A stretch of 64,000 bases of DNA. Origin: Phoronis australis. Its lineage: Eukaryota > Animalia > Phoronida. The stretch is taken from NCBI GenBank assembly GCA_002633005.1, contig NMRA01000704.1, positions 124,001-188,000 on the forward strand, given 5' to 3'. Shown one piece after another: positions 13,554 through 27,499 of the stretch. Both the position numbers and the translations under genes were made by a program. The notes beneath the pieces were generated by a model. It saw only the letters and a program-made list of their open reading frames with translations. It did no database searches and was not told the DNA's origin. Within the stretch, counting starts at the first letter, position 1, and each line of letters begins with the position of its first letter.

Positions 13554-15191
13554 CACATGCGCACCCAGGGAGGGGGCGGGGGGGCTCGAATGAGCGAAGT
13601 GGCAAAAGGGTTCGCTTCAGAGAAACAAAAAGTCCGAGAAAACGAGACGAAAGTCCACTAAAAAGGCGCAAACGCGCAATTCACAGCTCTGAACGCGGTA
13701 CCCCGTTTTTAAGGAGAATGCCACCAGACTTAATTAGTCTTTTTTACCGTCTTAATCGGTCTATATTCACATCGCCTCTTTGTCGATCGACCTCACCTTG
13801 CCGAGAGGTGTCGCGTTAACCTGTGAGGAAGGTGAGAAACGACGCAGCGACGTCAGTGGTTCATCTGCAATACGTTCCGTTGCCTGTGCGTGTTCATGGC
13901 GCCTCTCTAGTATTTCTTGGTTAGTGTATTCCAGTTCGAACTGTGAAACCTAACGATCCGACACGGGAAGTATTCGTCGGATGAGCTCTTGATTAAGTCG
14001 GGATTGGCGCCGGGCGAGTTGAGTGTTCTGTTTCAAAATGAATTATTCTCACCCTAACCAATGCTTATATAAAACTGAAAGGCAGTCTGTCTCATTAGAT
14101 ACAATTTGTAATGCCTTTGTAGTATTCGTGAGTGCAAATGTTGAGAAGCCAGCAATGAATAAACCACTGCGTTACCGACTTTTGATGCCGGCATTAAAGG
14201 TAAGTGACAGGGCAACGAGGCCATGTGAGCGCATGCTAATTCAGTGCTTGATGACAGAAAACTGTTGAGAAACAATTACTCGATTTTATATGCTATGGTT
14301 ACATGTTAGGGGAATCTTTATTTAAAATACAAATACATTATTCAAAACATTGTTACTGTACAGTCTTTGCCCTGACGGTCTGTGGAAGGGGACCCGACAT
14401 CGCGACCCCCGACAAGTAAGTAGATTTTCAGTATCGTGGCTAATTCACATAAATAATTACGTGCACATTAATTCTTTGGCTCACTAGCTCACTATTATAG
14501 TCTTTTCGTGACTGGAGGTTTAGTTTCCAACTCAAGCTGGTTTATGTTCGTGGCAGTCCCGGCGGCCGCGGTGGGCCCTGATCGGGTTCCGAACCACTGG
14601 CCTGGATAACAAACGTTTTGAATGTTTAGAACTCAAAAAATCAAAAGTCTGAACAACACAGATCTAGATTCTCCTGCCTGTATTTCACGGAAGAATACTT
14701 AGAATTTATCCAGGCTCCGAACAGACCCCAAACTCCTGCTACGGACATTGGTAACTTGGTCTGCCGAACTTTGTAGGCTACGGTGTGTCCATATACCAAT
14801 AAATCCGTAACAGCGAAGTAAAACAACACGTTTTTATAAGAACTCGGTGTATTTTTAAGGGTTTTACATCGATGTTTGATGATTTATAGGTGTTAAACTA
14901 TGAATTCAAGCAATAAGCTGACACCAGTAACCTGTGTTGTGAACTGCTGAACTGAGTGGGTGTGAAACCAACGGCGTCAATGGATAATTTCAACACATCC
15001 GTCTTCCGTCAGGTGTCAGGTAACGCAACCGAACGTGTCGTTATCGAGTAGAACTACTCGATCTAAATTGATACAAAATAGGTTGTTTTTTGGGTGGCAT
15101 TCTCCTTTAAGTCCTCCGGCTTTTTTGTTAGTAAAAGGTACACATCGTCAGAAATTCGAGCCCCCCAAATTAAACGCTGGGTGCGCGTATG
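13554..15191 (+). mobile_element. ~270-bp MITE (catgcgcacccag TIR) split by the Kolobok copy 2 insertion
   Basis: The halves 13554-13711 and 15107-15191 rejoin into an element that matches an intact reverse copy at 26738-27005. Further termini lie at ~11398 and ~22284. Confidence 0.7.
13712..15106 (+). mobile_element. Kolobok-like DNA transposon, non-autonomous copy 2
   Basis: Same TIRs as copy 1, followed by TTAA. Lacks the THAP segment (deletion at ~13870). Confidence 0.8.
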
Positions 15192-18100
15192 CTACATACC
15201 CAGGCATGAATACACTGTTAGTATCACAAGACCATAAACAGGACAGAAAACGAAAATTATGGTTTTCCTCAAGTAAGACAGTTGCAGATTTTAATAGCTT
15301 GCCACGCTACATAAATTTGTCCCATCTCTTGAAATCTACAGAAACAACCCATCTACGCAACAATATAACATTGTGGGGTGTAGCATTCTTAGGAATCCTG
15401 TCCTTCGATCCTGCTTTATTGCTAATAACCTAGCTATATTAATAATACTTCGAATTGGTGTCCACAGTGTAAAAATGTACAACTATTAATATTGAAGTCA
15501 CTTTTTGTGTTTCTTTGTTGCTAGAAAACAACAGATATCTTGGTCACTAAACCCTTAAAGACATGTCGGACTAAGTCAAGTAAAAGACCATGAAACATCG
15601 ACTTAAGTATGTATTCTAGGAACCACATGAAGTTAAACAATGTTGTTTCTTCGATCGGATTCTCACCCACAAAATCATTTTATTTCAGTTTCAATTTTTA
15701 AACCTCGAAGCTATGAGTTTTTACTAAAAATCCCGTGTTATCAACATTGGTCTCTAGATACTACACAGTACACGCGCATCTGGATTAACATGGTTCATCA
15801 GCAAGATGGCGGACCACTCCGCTCAACGAAAACCACGTGACGTCAACTCTAGCGATTTATCTCATTGGCTGCAACATCCGTCAAGCAGTTCTCTGGCCAC
15901 GTTTTCGCGCCATTGATGTTTCTTGTGTTATCTGTTACTGCGTTGCTTTTCATTTTTTCTCGAATGCGTTAACTGCATTCCACCTTCCAATGCCAGCAAA
16001 GTTTTACTGCTGTAGGCCTAGTGTCACGGCGGGCTATCGAAAACTAGGTCAATCCTACGATGTGTTAGTCTACTTCCGACAGAGAGGACGAGTCGAATTA
16101 GGGATGACGAAATAGAACTTTAGCGACAAAAAAGCGAGATGAGGTTTTCTCACATTTCTATTCCCTACTTACACGGAAGTGTGTCGCTAGTGTCGCGAGC
16201 TTGCGAAACCGAGGCTGGACGTTCCACTTGCATTTCCATGTCCGAGCTCAGTGAGAGTTCATGGCGGTTGTATTACCACGTTTAGCCATAGACTATAGAC
16301 AACAGATTTGTAACTCATCGCCTTTGTAGGAATCTGTGTTGCCATCATTAGACTGAAGCTCTTTTTCAAAATCCATTACGAAAACCGATGCGGTAACTGC
16401 AAATGCATGCGCTCTCATTCATTGTTTCTATCCCAACCCATTACGATTCACTCAGATTGTTAACTTCTTAGTAAATTTACTAAACAATGCGGCATAATAA
16501 AGACGAGTAGCACTATACAATCACCGAATCACTGCTTTACAATGACATTTAAAAATGTACAGCTGTAACCAGATTACGACGGACACATGGTCATTTTAAC
16601 TACACAATTCTTGGAAGGTTTCGCCAGATTAGACGACTGACCCTGAATCCAGCTAGCATTCGCTGGTGGCGACTTGGCGAGCGCCACACACAGGTACAGT
16701 GCAAATGAGTGCAAGACAAGTGAGCAACCCAAAACTTTGAATTAAAGCATCTTCAACTATTTTCCAGTTGTTTTCTGTATTTGTTTGTTAAAAATCGCCA
16801 ATAATAAATGTAACTTATATTAAATTGGCATTGTTCTTTGATTTTTATCGGTAAAACTTGTGCAACTTGTCTGTGGGCAAATTTCAACATTATCTAATAC
16901 TCTCAACACGCTATCTCGGTGAATATTTAGTTAATTTAAGATCATTGAAGATGGCATTACAATACTAAGAACTTGCAACGAAATGAAACCAGTTCCGATA
17001 ATTTGTTGTGACATGTACGCAACTTTGTGGAGGAAGAACAGTTGATTGAAGAACTGGGGAAAAAAGAAACTGGCCAATAGGTGACTCAATATTTTACGGT
17101 GATGAAAGCCAACGCAAAAGATCGCACCAAAAGTTTAGCGGCAGAATAATGGTAAAATGCCAATCGGCCATAGCCTCATAGGCCTGTCTAAAATTCCGGT
17201 AGTAAAACAACGTATCACGTAGGAATATTGATCGAAATGTTAAATTGATACATGTTGTATGAACACAAAACACTATAAAGCTATTAAGGTTCTGGGAGTG
17301 GTCTTTCGGTCTCCGGGTGTCCTGTCCGATCCCCAGGGTTCCTGTTTTAAAGGTCGGGGTTCTTGTTTTTCGGGCTAGTTAGCTTTTTTGAGGGAGCAGT
17401 AGTTTGTTTTCGACTCCTGCTCTCTGGTCTTTTAATCGCAAAATCTTATATTAAATTTGCGTCTAGGATTTCTTTTAATGACATGAATCCATTCTTTTCT
17501 CAGTTCAGCATCGCTAAGCAACGTATAAAAAGAAATGGGGTCAGTTCTTTTCTTTTTTGGTCTAGTTGTTGCTTAGTGGCACACAGCAAAACACCATGAT
17601 CGGAAACGAGCGATACGCAGAGCCTCACTTTCAAGCAAGGACTTTTAAAGATGGCGTGAATGTGCAAGTAGGGAATATGGCATTATGGCGTTAAGCTGTT
17701 ACAGCACAACATGAATTCGTGTGGATGACCCAAGAATCTTGTAAATATAAGTAGAAAAAGTGAAATGCGAATAGGAAATTAACCTCACTCGTACTATTCG
17801 AACGGGCTAACTTTGGAACAACATATATAAGAAACGTCTGATTATATTCGTATGAAACTTTTAGATACTTTGTTTTATGCACTGTTCTTCAACACGCTGT
17901 TAAAAATTGTTTTAAAATGTTCCCGTTTTGTGCGAGGGGCTATCAAAATATGTCTTATGATTTTCATGAAAAAATCTAAAACTGCCTAAAGCAAAAACGA
18001 AATGATATTCTAGAAAATTGTAACAGGGTCTCCAAAATCTCACCCAGAACAATTATACATGTTCACTAGGTATTTTTACGGTTTGTTTGTAAAGATTTTG

Positions 18101-21100
18101 AAAATCTGTTGATCTCAAAGAATTTTTCTTTAGTTTCATATTTCAGAAAAAAGATCTGTAAACTGCTCGTCACTTCGTCAATTTTTCTCTCACAAGGCAA
18201 AGCAAATCTTCTTATTTGGTATGGCCAGACATAGACTTAGCATATTTCCCTTATATGGAAACTATGACCTTTGACATATGATCTAAACAAAACGATGTCG
18301 ATTTCAAGTATCAGCCAGTCCGACTTTGAACGCATGCGCGCATATATGTTGGAGACGAAGAAATTAAAACTACATTGAGATGAAAGAGTTTGCATGTATA
18401 TTTCGCCTGTGTTTCATAAATAGTGAATCTGACATTTTTTTCTAAAATTTTTTGCAGTAATCGAAGTGAACAACTCTAACATTAGCATCCCCAAGAAATT
18501 CATTCGCCACGACCTGTTTAAATGGTATTGTTTCCGTCCCATGCATCTTTAATGTGCAGTTATTGACAAGGGAATGGTGGTCCACAGTTGTCAACATACA
18601 TGTTCTAAAATACAATATAAGAGAGCTCAAAGTGCGACTAGAAAGGTCATCAGAGGCTGCTAGACAGGGTATTATGTACACTAAAATTTGTGGCATAATC
18701 TGGGGTTGTATTGATGAACAGGACCACGAATGTTAAAATTAATGCTACATGTATATTGCAACTATTACGGGGAGGCAAATGAATGAATTTATCAAAAATA
18801 TTCAACATACAGTAATGCAGATATTTAAGCTTACAATTTTGTCCGTTTTGAAGGTAGGACCTTTATGAGCAATAAATTTACTTGAGGGGATGATTCGTAC
18901 CAATTTCTTTTTCACTTGAAATGATATACTGTGGTCGCACATGGCAGAACATCATTGCTTAAAGGCAACAATCATTCTGCTGCAGTTAATTAATTGAAGT
19001 TGAATTTACATTGAATTAAGGTTAGCATTAATACTACACCACTTAAATTGAATTGAACGTTAACTCCATTGCATTATTAATGTATTTGGCTTGTGTTCCA
19101 TTGATTTTTGACTTGTGTGATTGTTTGAGCTCTTTGGTACGCCCAAATAAAATTTAAAATGAATATGAATTGAAGACCGTTTAGAATACTTCCTAATTAG
19201 CTTAATTTAACACACTGAATGATTTCAAAAATGACTTGAAATTTATAGTCCACCACTGTGTCGTAAAAGTACTATATGAACATCGAACACTATAATTTTG
19301 CATCTGTTTTTATGTTATTCATCAAACATTATTTATACGTTGGAGAAATCTTCCAGATCTCAGTTTCTGCAAAGTACCGAAGCACGGTTCTTCAAAATGG
19401 GCTGAGCATAGCGCTTGGCCCCTGAAGCTGATCGCTTGCTCCGCCGTGTGATGCCATACCGACGCACGAACCTGGGAGATTTTAGGGTCTTTTGGAGATG
19501 CAAAACTGAAATATTACCTTCCGATTACCATTGTTGCATCCTTCGTACTTGCAACGTTTCACACTACTCAGTCTAACTCGGTATTTGAGACCACTCGCGT
19601 CTGGTGTAGAACAACACAACTGCGAAGACCAGATCCACTGATGAAGACACACAAAATTTAATTTTTTTAATTTTTGCGTTCAATTCTTGACTAAACTAAC
19701 ACAAACTGAAGAAGAAATACTTAAATTATCGCACAAAAATTGCCGGTAATGGAATTGAAGCATTTGTGACCATGGTATGAAGGGTAAACGAATCATCAAG
19801 CGATATTCGGGAAGCACGGTTTCATATAACCAGCGGCGTTCAATTACACTAGTTTTCTTTACACGCACCCATATGTGGCGTACAGGTTGGCCTCTGATAT
19901 TTTTTCAGATCTAGTTTTAGGGGGAGTTAGGTTTATATAAGCAAAAGTGACATACAAATAGCGATCAAACATTGAGAAGAGGTATACTTTTTTCACAGGG
20001 TTTTGTGAGCAACGTGAATAAGATGGTGCACGCTACTATTGGGTTACATAGTAAATGATCACAATCTGCTAATCTGTTAATTAAAATACAATGAGTTAAC
20101 GACTCATAGGCTTTTGAAATGTTATTTAATAACGGTAAAGATAATTTATTTATTTCTATTTCAGAGACATTTCCATGTAAAATTTCAACAAGTCAAGAAC
20201 CAATTCAGTAGTGTGCGGAATGAAGCAGAAAATGAGACCGAAAATGATCATCAAGTTGGCCATAAAGATTGTTTTAAGCATGTTTAAGAAACACACGGTA
20301 AGATAAAAATGGGTCTCTAATGATCGAAAAGTAACGGGCGATCCTTTTTAAATCCGAGGGTAGCCTTAAGCGACTTTGACATTCCCAGTGAACACCTGAG
20401 ACGAAATGTATTGACTAAATGTGTAACACATGTTGATCAATTACTATAGAAGACATAAATTTAAATGATTTTCCTTGATATTCCATCATGACCGCAACTA
20501 GACTTTGCAGGAAAGGAAACTATTTATTTTTCTGGTTACATCAGGAGATAATGATTTAATATAATGTCGAACTTCCTCACAAGGGCGCGCATTAGCTAAG
20601 ATTGATAAGATAAATAACTAATACAGACATAATTTGATGAACAGCTAATGATATTAGCAACTGACAGAAAATACTTGTCAAAACTGTTTACACTATAAAG
20701 TTTATCAGCAACTTCCCTAACATTGAGTTTTAACTTAGAGTGATAGACTAGTGGAATCGTCGGATGCTAGTAAGTGAACAAGGACACAGTGCCGGGGATA
20801 GAATTAGAAGAGGTCGAGTCATGATTTTGGAAGCAACCTCACCAGAGAAACTAAAGTCAAAGAGTGTAGTGCTACAGTACAATCCTTGCTACAGTGTCAT
20901 AACCGTTTATTATTTATTGAAACATGACACGCCTATCGACAAGTATATGAATTTGCACCTGACATGTTTGTACACAAAAAGAGATAATGATTCGCAACAC
21001 TATTGAAGAAAAATGTTCATTTTTTACAAATATCAGTTAGCGTACCTGAAGATTCTCTCTTGAAGTTGGAGCTGTAAGAAATCCTACGTTGTGACACTAA

Positions 21101-24100
21101 CTACTGATCTGCATTGCAACTCTTTTACATGTACGTCGTTATAACGCACAGAACGGGTTATTTAAATTGCTGATGAATCACATTGACTTGATTATACTGC
21201 CATGGGGAGTGAAGATTTGGATTGATAACGGTGTTCACCTGATAATAACAGTGTGCACGTGCTCCTGTTGATAAATGTATAGAATGAAATGGTAAAAATA
21301 TCCATGATCGTTTTTCGACTGCAAGTATTTTGCAACTAGCTTTTAATTCAAGATCCATTGACGGAGGGCACGATATGTCATGGTTTTATATCACGCTGTT
21401 TGTTCATGAGTTAATATTAGCATGCTCGAAATTATAATTATTTGTATTTAGCTAAACCTTTGGATTTGTCATGCTCATGGCGTATTTTTGCAAAAACCTG
21501 TTGCATGGTATTGCCTTTGGTCTGGGTGTTAAGGCACATCCGAGACATCTCGTAGACTTTTTTATCCTTCGGGGTCATTGTATCGTAAGAACAAAGGGAT
21601 TTGGTCCTTCGACATTCGGTCGGTTAAAGACAATCGACGCCAATATTGTGGTATAAAGTGCTGTTACGTGTTAACGTTGATGACTGACACGAGGCGTAGC
21701 AATAGAAGAATCTAATTTAAGGCCGTCTTAACATTATCATGGGCCCCCGTGCAAAGCACATCAGAGGGGCCCCCGGTTATACAAACCGAATGTTTATAGC
21801 AATAAAATACGTAAATTATGTTTAAACAAATACATGTGAATCGAAAGGCCTGCCGATACGCCAACAGCAGTACACGTCAATCATTGATGAACACGGTTAA
21901 ATGTTTGAACAGTATTAATTAATGAAGTGCTTTTCAAAACACAAGTTAAAACCGCCCATGCGAAAATGGCACAGCGTGGTATTGCCTGTTAACTAAATTT
22001 CGTTCTAACGAATATCGAGCCCTACTGCGGCGGGTACTTTGGTTATTGTGTCTTCTGACTTGGAACATTTACCCTTCGCCTGCAGTGATTTTCTCACCAT
22101 CCGCATGGGCGGATCCATGATTTTCAGTTAGGGGGCCAGGGTATAGGAATAACCAGAATTTCGGATGCAGGAGTCTCGAATTTTTGAATTCGAGTACCTT
22201 ATTACTAAAAAAACGGTAAACGGGGTTTGTTCAAGGCCTATGCACTGTGCATTCGCCCTCCGAGCCCCCTGGGTGCGCGCATATGCTAGACAGCAATTCG
22301 CACATCGAACTGCCAAATGGTATCTGGGAGAATTTTAGGGGGTANAGTCGCTTTTGAGCAAAACTTGATGTCAGAACACATTTTCTTCAGCGGCGCGGCT
22401 AAGCCACACGCATTGATTTGGGAATCGGTTAGGACGGGTTAGTCACAGTCGCTTAGGCACTGGGGTAACAAAACCCCAAATGTTCGCGTAGGAGTTGCAT
22501 CATGGAGCTTACGTCTTTGCGAGATCAGAAAGCACCTTTAGGCTAACACTTACTCATATTACTGTGGGTGGGAGGTGGGGGTACGACGCTACTTTTGGGA
22601 TTAACTGATTATCAAGAGTAGACTAACATTAGTAATGGTTCTAAATTTTGTCATCTTACACTTGTTTACTGCGCTTTATCACTTAATTGACATGACCAAT
22701 GAGGTTAGATCCGTTTTCTGTAATTCGTTTATAGCAGAATACTTGAGAATATTCTTGAAGGTTCTAGAATATTGGTGAGTGGTCTGTGAAGTTGTGGAGC
22801 CTTGTACATGTATGTGTTTTTATTATGACTGGGTAGTTTCTAAAATCTTGTAGAATGTGCTTGAATTATCGAAATGTTACAGAACATTGCAAGAGACTAA
22901 ATATTCAGGCACCATTTAGTGAGAGCACGACACGAGATCACTTACAGAATCGGCAGTTTCAGAGCCAGCAGTTACTGAGGCAATAGTGAGCCAGTTAAAG
23001 CTAACAGCAAGTCATTGCATTAGTTGTTGGATCAGTTGTTAAAAGTGACGACGAATCAAGGCGTAGCAGCACTGACTGAAGCATTACGAATTGACATTAC
23101 GTCAGACATTTTGTTTGGGTAGACTTCGGTACAGGTTAATGAAGTGAGTAGCTCGAACCAAACTTCAAGCTAACATCATTATTAGCACCAGTCAGTGACG
23201 ACCTGCGTCGGACGGTGGCTCTAATCCGGCTGGGGAAAACGTGGCACTCATGCACCAATTCAAATTTCTAGTTAGCTTAACTGAAGACGCGCACGTGCCC
23301 AGTTGCATGCATCGCATACGCAGGTACGTGAAAAACTTGCTCGCGTATTCAAAAGCACATTAAATGTGTTTTGCTAAATAAGTATGTTTAGTAATGACGA
23401 ATCGGACCCTAATATGATGAGATTTGGACCCAAAAACACGAATAGAAATGCACATTTTTCAAACATTTTTTGCACTGAGACAATTTAGCACTTGACATTT
23501 TTTACAAAGTTGTGTTTTTCGTATCTTCAGTGTGCTTTGATAACAGTTGCACCCATTTTGTGTTCCCGGGATGCTTAGAAGGATTAGGATTGTACAGGTC
23601 CAGGGTCAGCTAATACTTTTTGAAATGCTTAAAGAAGAAGGAAACCGAAAATACGGTTCATTGGTTATCCCAGACATATGTTTCAGTTAAAGTCCTTGTT
23701 GCAAACTGCCCATGTGGTTCTAGTATCCGAAAATACTTACTACATAAATTCTTATTTTCGACACCCTTTCTTTATATTCTTTTCGCCTTTCTTGCCAAAT
23801 CGATTTTTTAACAGTATTTGACCCTTCTCTCTGAGCGTATGATTACCGGTTGTCATCGGTTATTTCCGTACCCACATTTCCGGCTCATCAGTTCAGGAAC
23901 TTATCCTGAACGCCGCCATTTTTTCCTTGTAACTGAATGTGCTATGGCTTGCTCGAAAAGTCTTCATTATTTTGTTTTATTAGTAATATATCGTGATTCG
24001 TTTGCATATGTAGTGTATTTATAGTTTGTAGTTAGTGGTCGTTGATTTTTTTGGAATGTTTCGCGTACTTAGTATGTTAAAATAGCATTGGTGTTTAGTT

Positions 24101-25758
24101 CCTTACGTAGGCCGGTCGAACCTAAGAACCAATATGGGTCGAACCAATTTTTTTTCGGTTTTATTTTTTCCTCGTTTTGAAAAAGTACTTTACTATCATC
24201 GGAAAGGTAGTACATTCTACTCAGTAAAAATCGAAAAAGTATCAAAATCGGGGCAAGCAGTGTAAAGTTATTGCAAGTTTTGTGGCGAAATTTGGGTCAC
24301 TTTGTTTGGATCGCGTCGGCCATATTGGAGGACAGCGGGATAAGTTACGAGTTTAAAACTTTGTGTAAATTGTTTTCGCCAACAAATTACGGTGAAATTT
24401 AGTTAGACATATCTTTACTTACTATTCTGCACGATTCAACAGTGTTCACCAAATTTCAGCCTCGCAGTTGTTACTCATTAAGAGATAAATGTGCTCACAT
24501 TCCCGTTGGACTTCGTCTCATTTCTGACGGCACCTACAATGTCGACTTTTGCTGAACTGAAAGGCATGTTCAATCGGCTACTTTGTAATTTGTGAAGATT
24601 TAACGTTGATACATTTTGACAAACGTTGCTACAAAAAAGAAACTTTGTTCAATTTTCGTGTTTTTTGTGTTTGTGGCCAGCGACCAGTTAGGCCTAAGGG
24701 TAGTCTTGGCGCAAAGCTGGCGTGCGTTCACTAGACGCTAGGACCTACGCTAGGACCTTGCAAAATCCTAGTCCACATGTTCTCATTTAAAATACACGGC
24801 AATATCTCACGTAATCTCGCGAAGTCATGCTTCTTAGCGAGGTCCTAGCGCTACTGAACGGGAGGCTGTATAGGCCTACTAACAAGCTGTATTTTGACTA
24901 TAGTCTTCACTGGTAGCGGGTGACTGAGGCTAACTAAGGTCTGCCGCGGCAGTGTGACACAGGACTAACCAGCCCGTAATTTCATGCAAGTGTCTGAAAC
25001 TACCCTTGAATATATGCAGCATTTATCATTTGACCATTTTACTTCGACAAAACAGCTTCCAACCGCATGCATTTACCGTTCGCCAGTGTCTGGTCTCGAT
25101 CCGCACCGGGTCCGATAGGCTGCGGTCCCGAGTTTAGCAAAATCATTTCTGTCAAAATTTATTCGCCACATTTCTTCAGCAAATTCCATAAAATTGTCCG
25201 TAGTTTGATTTTATCGAAATTGAGACGCGCTGTCGATTTTTTTTATCCCCGTTTGCTGGCTGGTAACAGTACAGGCACTGCTCCAGTCGCACTGACGGCG
25301 TTTTCTCGGCCTGGGTTCCTGAATGAATTGTACTTCCGGGTTCGCGGCAAGTTCAAAATGGCGGTGTTTCTTCGGGTGCGAATCGTGAGTGGCGCGTTCA
25401 TTTAAACTGTTTTCGAGTACGGATCGTGTATTAGTTATGGGGTAGGTACTTCTTGGATCCTTATAACATCTTCTAACCATGTAATAAGGGTTAACAACGC
25501 GTGAGACAAGGACTTTAATTTAGACTTCTCGTAACTTTATTTATTAGTCGTGCCCTACTCCGGAAGTAACGTTTAGGGGTTAAGAATTTCCCGCCATTTT
25601 GTTTCTGCATTCGAGTTTACTGTAAGAATCTGCTCCACTGTAGTTTCCTAATGTCGTCATCACCAATTCTCCTTGACGAGTATTCTAGGACAAGCTAGGT
25701 TGTTAGAGAAATCAATTACGTTGGGTTTAGGGATCGTATAGTTTGTAGTAGCCTGAAA

Positions 25759-26040
25759 ATGGCTGGAGTTGGCGACAAATGTTACATACACAGTGACGTG
25801 AGTGACGGCGACATTGTTTATAAGAGTGGTTACGAGGACATTTTTTCAAGAACAGTCGCTGGGTGGATAATGCTTGAGCCCGAACATAGTGAGGCAAAAT
25901 ACTCACAGACAGCTGTTGAAAGAGATGAGGCAGAGATTGAGGACAGACGTGGTGTGACCTCTTGGTGTAAGTCCACGGTGTGTACTGTTATGCCTTCCTC
26001 AATGGAATGCCTAATATGCTATTCCCACTGGATGGTAACC
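25759..26040 (+). pseudogene. KolX / P2X7-ballast-like Cys-rich domain fragment
   Basis: MLEPE...RRGVTSWCKSTVCTVMPSSMECLIC resembles the FEPE...WCxCxxCxxMPTxxECxCC pattern. It is truncated, with some Cys lost. Confidence 0.6.
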
Positions 26041-26737
26041 TCAGCACCGAAACCGCTTACATCCCGCCGTGTGACTCCCTCGCCACGCACCGGGCACCAT
26101 CTAAATAGCTCCAATACTTTAGTCAACTCCACAATAAACGAACCGTATTTTTACTAAAAATGACATGTAAAATGTTGCCCTCTCCTTTCATAATTTAAAA
26201 CGCTACGGAACTCTGGCCTGATTATCATTATTTTTTATAATTTTGGCTTTTATTTTTATTCGACTGGTTCCAAAACTTCAAAATAACGTCATACTAAGGA
26301 AGCAAATAGTCCAACCTCTAAACACTGAGTCGCCCACGAAAACTGATAAAAATGGCTATTCAATGCGATGGCAGTGCATCACCTGACATGTTAGTGTTCT
26401 TTTGTTGATTTGCTGGAAAGAAAATGCCACTGATTAAAGAGGCGTGGAACGCCAAAGCTCGTCAAAAATATCTTTTAAACAATTCCCGACGAAAGCACCA
26501 TCTAGCAATGTACAGGGTCTTTCAGAGAATTTCCAGAAAATATCATGAAATTCACAATTTTTGAAGTAAGTGATGAGAAAAAACTCTAGCCACCATGGAG
26601 TTTCTAATCCCCCTTACATTTATGATAATTGCGCGCATGTACTCAGTCATTCGAGAAACAGCTGACTGGCGAGATGGAGATTAACGCTAGGATGTCATGT
26701 GTGATCAGACTCCGAATCTGAAGTCGACAGCACAGTA

Positions 26738-27005
26738 TCATGCGCAAACCCAGCCTAAATTATAGGGGGGGAGACTTGAATTTTTCGACATGCGGACCTT
26801 TACTGACAAAAATCAACGAGGACTAAAAAAAGGGGCCACTAGGTTCAGGTCTACGATTTGTGCATCCGCGCAGAATTCCTGTGTACTTTGTGGACTTTTG
26901 TCTCGTTTACTCGTTTTTTTTAGTTCGCTGAAGCGGACCTTTTTGCCCAATTCACCAAACTAGCCCCCCGCCGAGCCCCCAACCCCCCACCTGGGTGCTT
27001 CCATG
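26738..27005 (-). mobile_element. Intact ~270-bp MITE
   Basis: Ends catgcgcaaacccag / ctgggtgcttccatg. The interior matches the split element at 13554-15191. Confidence 0.65.
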
Positions 27006-27499
27006 AGTATGTGGCAAGCCAGTGAAGCAAGCGATTTCCTAAAATTAATTCCAAGCTCATTTAAAACATATTTGAATACTACGATACCTTTTTAACTAAT
27101 TTTAAACAGTTAAGACTTACATCAATTGCCCCTTAAAAGTGGACTGTAGTAAAAATAATGCAGCATTTTAACAATTTCTAACTTACAAATAAAACTCACA
27201 TTAGCTCGAGTTGCGCACCAAACAAAAGCTGATTCATATTTACTGTCAAAACAATGAAATCCTGACAGTGACCGTTGATATGTCAGTGACGTGCGGGTGG
27301 GGCAGCGACTACTTATCACATATTGCTGTGCCATATTGTGAAGAGTATACAAAGTATTTTATCATTGTATCAGCCGTTCTTGCTTTTTACAGTTTGCCTT
27401 AGAGTTGTTAAAGTTTCGCCATGCCTTTTTGTATGGCTCCTGGTTGTCCGAACTCTTCGAAAAAAGTGTCTTCTAAGAGAAGGGACATCGCATTGCCCG

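Noticed and set aside
19353-19452. LSFCKVPKHGSSKW resembles the 5'-PSB motif of carbohydrate sulfotransferases
   Set aside because: The frame closes soon after, and I found no convincing 3'-PB motif or exon chain.
22719-23135. Possible solo LTR with TTCTAGAA-like heat-shock motifs
   Set aside because: No matching TSD or second LTR found, and the boundaries are unsupported.
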